Position numbers and translations under genes: made by a program. The notes under the pieces are model-generated. The model saw only the letters and a list, made by a program, of their open reading frames with translations, did not search any database and was not told the DNA's origin. This document shows positions 60,376 to 64,000 of a DNA stretch of 64,000 nt, piece by piece. Within the stretch, counting starts at the first letter, position 1; the number at the start of each line of letters is the position of its first letter. Origin of the DNA: Dimorphilus gyrociliatus (taxonomy: Eukaryota > Animalia > Annelida); the NCBI GenBank assembly GCA_904063045.1, contig CAJFCJ010000014.1, forward strand, positions 1,671,643-1,735,642. The letters run 5' to 3'.

Positions 60376-61501
60376 TTTTCTTTTTAAACAATTTACTTTA
60401 ACGAAACAGTGCCTGATTGGCACAAAAAATAATCAGTGTTTAGTATTTATTCGAACAAGCAGACTGCCAAAAAACAATCATGGCTACCAGTAGAAGCTCT
60501 ATTGTATTGGCTAAGAAAAACATGTATATTCATGACCATATTAATATGCAACGAATATGGCGGCAATTTCAAATTTAAAAGAAATATTCGTTGTTAAAGT
60601 TAATATATTTTCTATTTTAACAAATATACTTTTGTAATATATTAATATTTTTGTTATAGAACGTTATAGTTTGAATTATATTGGTATTTGAACATATTTA
60701 TATAACAATCTGCATGTTTACTTTTGTTGTTCATATATATAAATACATAAAATTTACTATATTTTAATTCATATTTATTCTTTATTTCAGATTTTTCAAA
60801 AATCAATATATATGAAAATATATTATTAATTACCTTTCTAGACAATTATTTATTTCAAAGTACTAAATGTGTGACAGAAATAATCAAAATTTGTAAGAAA
60901 ATGTGAAACAGAAATATAAAATAAGTTTTAGAATACGTTAATATATTGTTTAATATGTTAGAAAATATATTTATAAGAAGTGCGGAATAAAATTCAGCAT
61001 ATTCTCGACGTGGCATGTTGAGAATGAAGTAAAAAGTCGATGGAATACCGCTCATGAATAAACATTATGTCATTAGGGAGCGATATATGTATGCCACGCA
61101 GTTCTTTTTCCTGTCGAAAAGATGCTTTATTACTTAAATATTTCTTTGAAAGAAATAAAGTTTTAGATAAATCATTTTATTCTGAAATTTTAATAAAATT
61201 TAGCGAAAAGAATTTCTATGTTTAGATTAACGATATATTCTAAAATGATTTTAGTCAAGAAAACGGTTTGAGCAGACCCCAGAATCGGAAGTAAATTCCT
61301 GAAGCCGATTTTGAAATAAATCTTGTTGTGTAAATTGATTACTATGAGCTGTAATATTAAAGAAAACTAAAAAGATCAAATAGAATATCAATTAATTTTG
61401 TTGATTATTGCTCTAACTTATTTTGAAGTAGTTTACATTAATCAGAAATCCAGCTTTTTGGTTGTGTTACTAATGACGCTATATAGGAATATATAAAGAA
61501 A
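60376..61501. promoter_or_regulatory. Divergent promoter region of ERp44 and BBS9 with CCAAT, YY1-like and UPRE-like boxes
   Basis: Head-to-head genes. ATTGG at 60416-60420 and 60506-60510, ATGGCGGC near 60557, GACGTGGCAT at 61007-61016, ATGCCACG at 61091-61098. Confidence 0.5.
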
Positions 61502-64000
61502 ATGTCGCTATTTAAAGCTAGAGAATGGTGGGAGACAAACGCAGGAGAACAGGAAACCTTTGATAAAGGTTGTCTATGTGTTGCCAATATTGATAATGAT
61601 CAGGATAAAGTTGGTAAGTTAGACTGCATTGTCTATTATAGATATTTAAAGTTAAAATATTCTTGAACAATTCATTCAATTGTAGTAAGAAAAACTCTAA
61701 ATTATCTTTCAATATTGCTATATGAACAGAGAACAATAGCTTACAAAATTTACATAAAAATTATGTTCAATTAAGTGATGATTCATGAAACTATTTATTA
61801 TTTATTTACCTAAATCTATTTAATATTCTTACGTTTCAACTTTCTTTGTAGACAAAATCATAATAGGCAGTTATAATGGAATATTAAGAATCTACAAACC
61901 ATCTATAAAGGTTGATGAGGAAACTGGAAAGAAATTAACTTTCAATCCCGACGATGTCTTGTACGAGCAAAAGTTATCTGAGCCTATACTACAAGTTGAA
62001 GCTGGTCGATTTATTTCAAGTACAGAACAATTAGCTCTGGCTATACTTCATCCCAGAAAATTTTGCGTTTATGCCGTGTCAAAATCATCGGGTAACAATG
62101 ATCGGCTCTGTCACTATCAGTTGAAAATAGCTTACGAACACAATTTAAAGAGAACGTCTTTTAATTTCTGCTATGGACCATTCGGAGGTAAATTAGTTTA
62201 TTTGATTTGATTAATAACTAAATAACATTGGATATATTTGAATATAGGCGTAAAAAACAAGGATTTAGTTTGCATTCAATCGCTCGATGGAAGTATCAGT
62301 ATTTTGGAACAAGACGCTTTTTCATTTACTAGACATCTACCTGGTGCCTTACTTCCTGGACCTTTCAGTTACGTGCCAAGTACAGATTCTTTTGTCACAG
62401 TATCTTCAAATAGATACTTGGAAAGTTATAAGTATCAAATTCTGGCTGTAGCTGCAGATTCTAAGGAGGATTCAAAATCTGGCAAAAAAGTGGCTGTACG
62501 TAAACTCTAGCCTTCAATAATAATACTATTCCAAGTGATCTTATTACTGAATATATATTATTATTTTTTATTAGAGTGACTGGTCTTTAAATATAGGCGA
62601 ACAAGCGGTAGAAATTTGTGTAATGCATACCTCAACTGGCTATATGATACTCGTAGCCACGGAAAGGAGTATATTTTGCGTAAAGGAGAATGGAAAAGTG
62701 ATCTGGCAGAAAAAGTTGGATTTAGTACCTTCTGCTTGTACTCCGTTCTTTGCGCCATCTTCCGAAAATATTCGATATATCTTATCTGTTCATTCCTCAG
62801 AGAATTTGTTTATTTACGATAAAACAATTATGATATGGGCTGCTCAAATTCACATAGAACCTGTTGCTATAAAAGTAATACGAGAGGGTGAAATGAAAGG
62901 TGGAATAGTTGTATTAAGCGAAAATGGAAATATTCAAGTTCTCTACTTGGGAACGGATCCCGAACTGATGGCTCCTCCAAGCATGTCCCAAAATCGAGAT
63001 ATGGATTATGCTGCAATGGATAGGGAACTGAAGCAGTTACAAAGTATTATCAAAAGTAAAAGTTCTTCTGCTGGAGGTAGGAATGATAGCTTTATACTGT
63101 ATAATTAATATCTGTATGAAAATTACATAAAATTCTTCTATACTCTTTTCCTAAAAAAAGTTGTCCTCCCAACAAAAAGAGCTGAAGATGAATTGGAATT
63201 TATATGTCAGCCTGAACCTCAGCTAGATTCTCCTTCTGTAAGTATCTCAAACATCTTTTTCACTACCAAATAATAATGGTTTTTAAGACTAACACTAACA
63301 ATGATAAATATAATCTAGAAAGGGAAAGTTCTTTCCCCTGACATTCCTCAGTGTTTAGAACAGTACTGCATTGATGTAAGGAGCAAAGCTAAAAACTTAT
63401 CTATGCTTTTTTTCTTGAAAATTCACTATTAGCTTTCAAATTTGGAAAAGCGTGAGTTCTACGATTGGAACGATCCTATTTTAGAGACTTTAAAGATTGA
63501 TGATTTTAAAATAACAATAATTACTCACAAGGCACGTTTTGATCTTAGATTTCCAGTTAAAAATCGAAATAGACTAAGAAATTATTCATGGTCATACTAC
63601 AAAAAAATCCATAAGATTTTTACTGGGAAATAGACATTTTTTTGCACGAATGATTTGAATTTTCATTCCTCCGACAGCTCCTTTCGACTATTAATGATGG
63701 TTTACTAATCATAATTTAACTTAACAGATAGCCTCCAGTGAGATAAAAGAAGATGTTCCCTCCCTAACCTATAAAGTAACGATTAAGTGCAAAGCTGCAT
63801 TAAATGATGTGGCTCTATCCATCCACATCCCAGCTCCTTTTGCCACACCCACAACTCTTATTAATATCCCTCACATTGACGCTTCGAAACCGTATGAACA
63901 TTCCTTCCCAATTTTTATGAAATGGAATATGGCTCCTTCTAATTTGAGTTTGAGTACCTCGATTAGATTCAATACGTCACAAGGATCACCATACACTGCC
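61502..64000 (+). CDS. BBS9: Bardet-Biedl syndrome 9 (PTHB1), 5' part (runs off the window)
   Basis: join(61502..61613,61852..62187,62248..62495,62575..63076,63161..63237,63728..>64000). Motifs: MSLFKAREWW..FDKGCLCVANIDN, LHPRKFCVY, YGPFGG..DLVCIQSLDG, LLPGPFSY, YLGTDP. Confidence 0.97.

Noticed and set aside
60855-61055. 66-aa ORF between ERp44 and BBS9
   Set aside because: The 3' half is AT-rich low-complexity sequence with no recognisable homology; the GC patch is better explained by promoter motifs.
1-64000. Prokaryotic-style systems, CRISPR arrays, tRNA/rRNA genes, transposase or reverse-transcriptase ORFs
   Set aside because: None seen. The window is spliced eukaryotic DNA, and the only repeats found are microsatellites and short motifs.

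Overview
AT-rich (~30% GC) animal genomic DNA with a compact gene architecture: most introns are 55-72 nt and all modelled introns are GT-AG. The gene content (innexin, turtle-like, kekkon-like) points to a protostome invertebrate. The intron sizes and composition would fit a compacted lophotrochozoan such as the annelid Dimorphilus gyrociliatus, but this is inference only. Hand-built exon chains, each checked for phase and frame, give these genes in order: last exon of enkurin (+); innexin (-); a shortened 2-Ig/2-FN3 turtle/IGSF9-like adhesion molecule (-); an orphan signal-peptide exon plus an LRRCT-like/TM exon (-); a kekkon-like LRR-Ig receptor (-); PSMB3 (-) head-to-head with BIRC6/Bruce (+); an SLC46-type transporter (+); a TWIK-type K2P channel (+); an uncharacterised HEAT-repeat protein (-); an SLC16-type transporter (+); ERp44 (-) head-to-head with BBS9 (+, truncated by the window end). 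No tRNA, rRNA, CRISPR array or transposase was seen. The strongest novel signal is at the innexin stop codon. It lies in the classic leaky context UAG-CAA-UUA, is followed 7 nt later by a 12-bp stem-loop, and the frame stays open for 49 more codons that include an RVxF (PP1-docking) motif. This is a candidate programmed-readthrough gap-junction isoform. Other highlights are duplicated, mutually exclusive first exons of the K2P channel, an 11.2-kb intronless BIRC6 exon, ARE elements at the PSMB3/BIRC6 promoter, and a recurrent CTCF-like motif.
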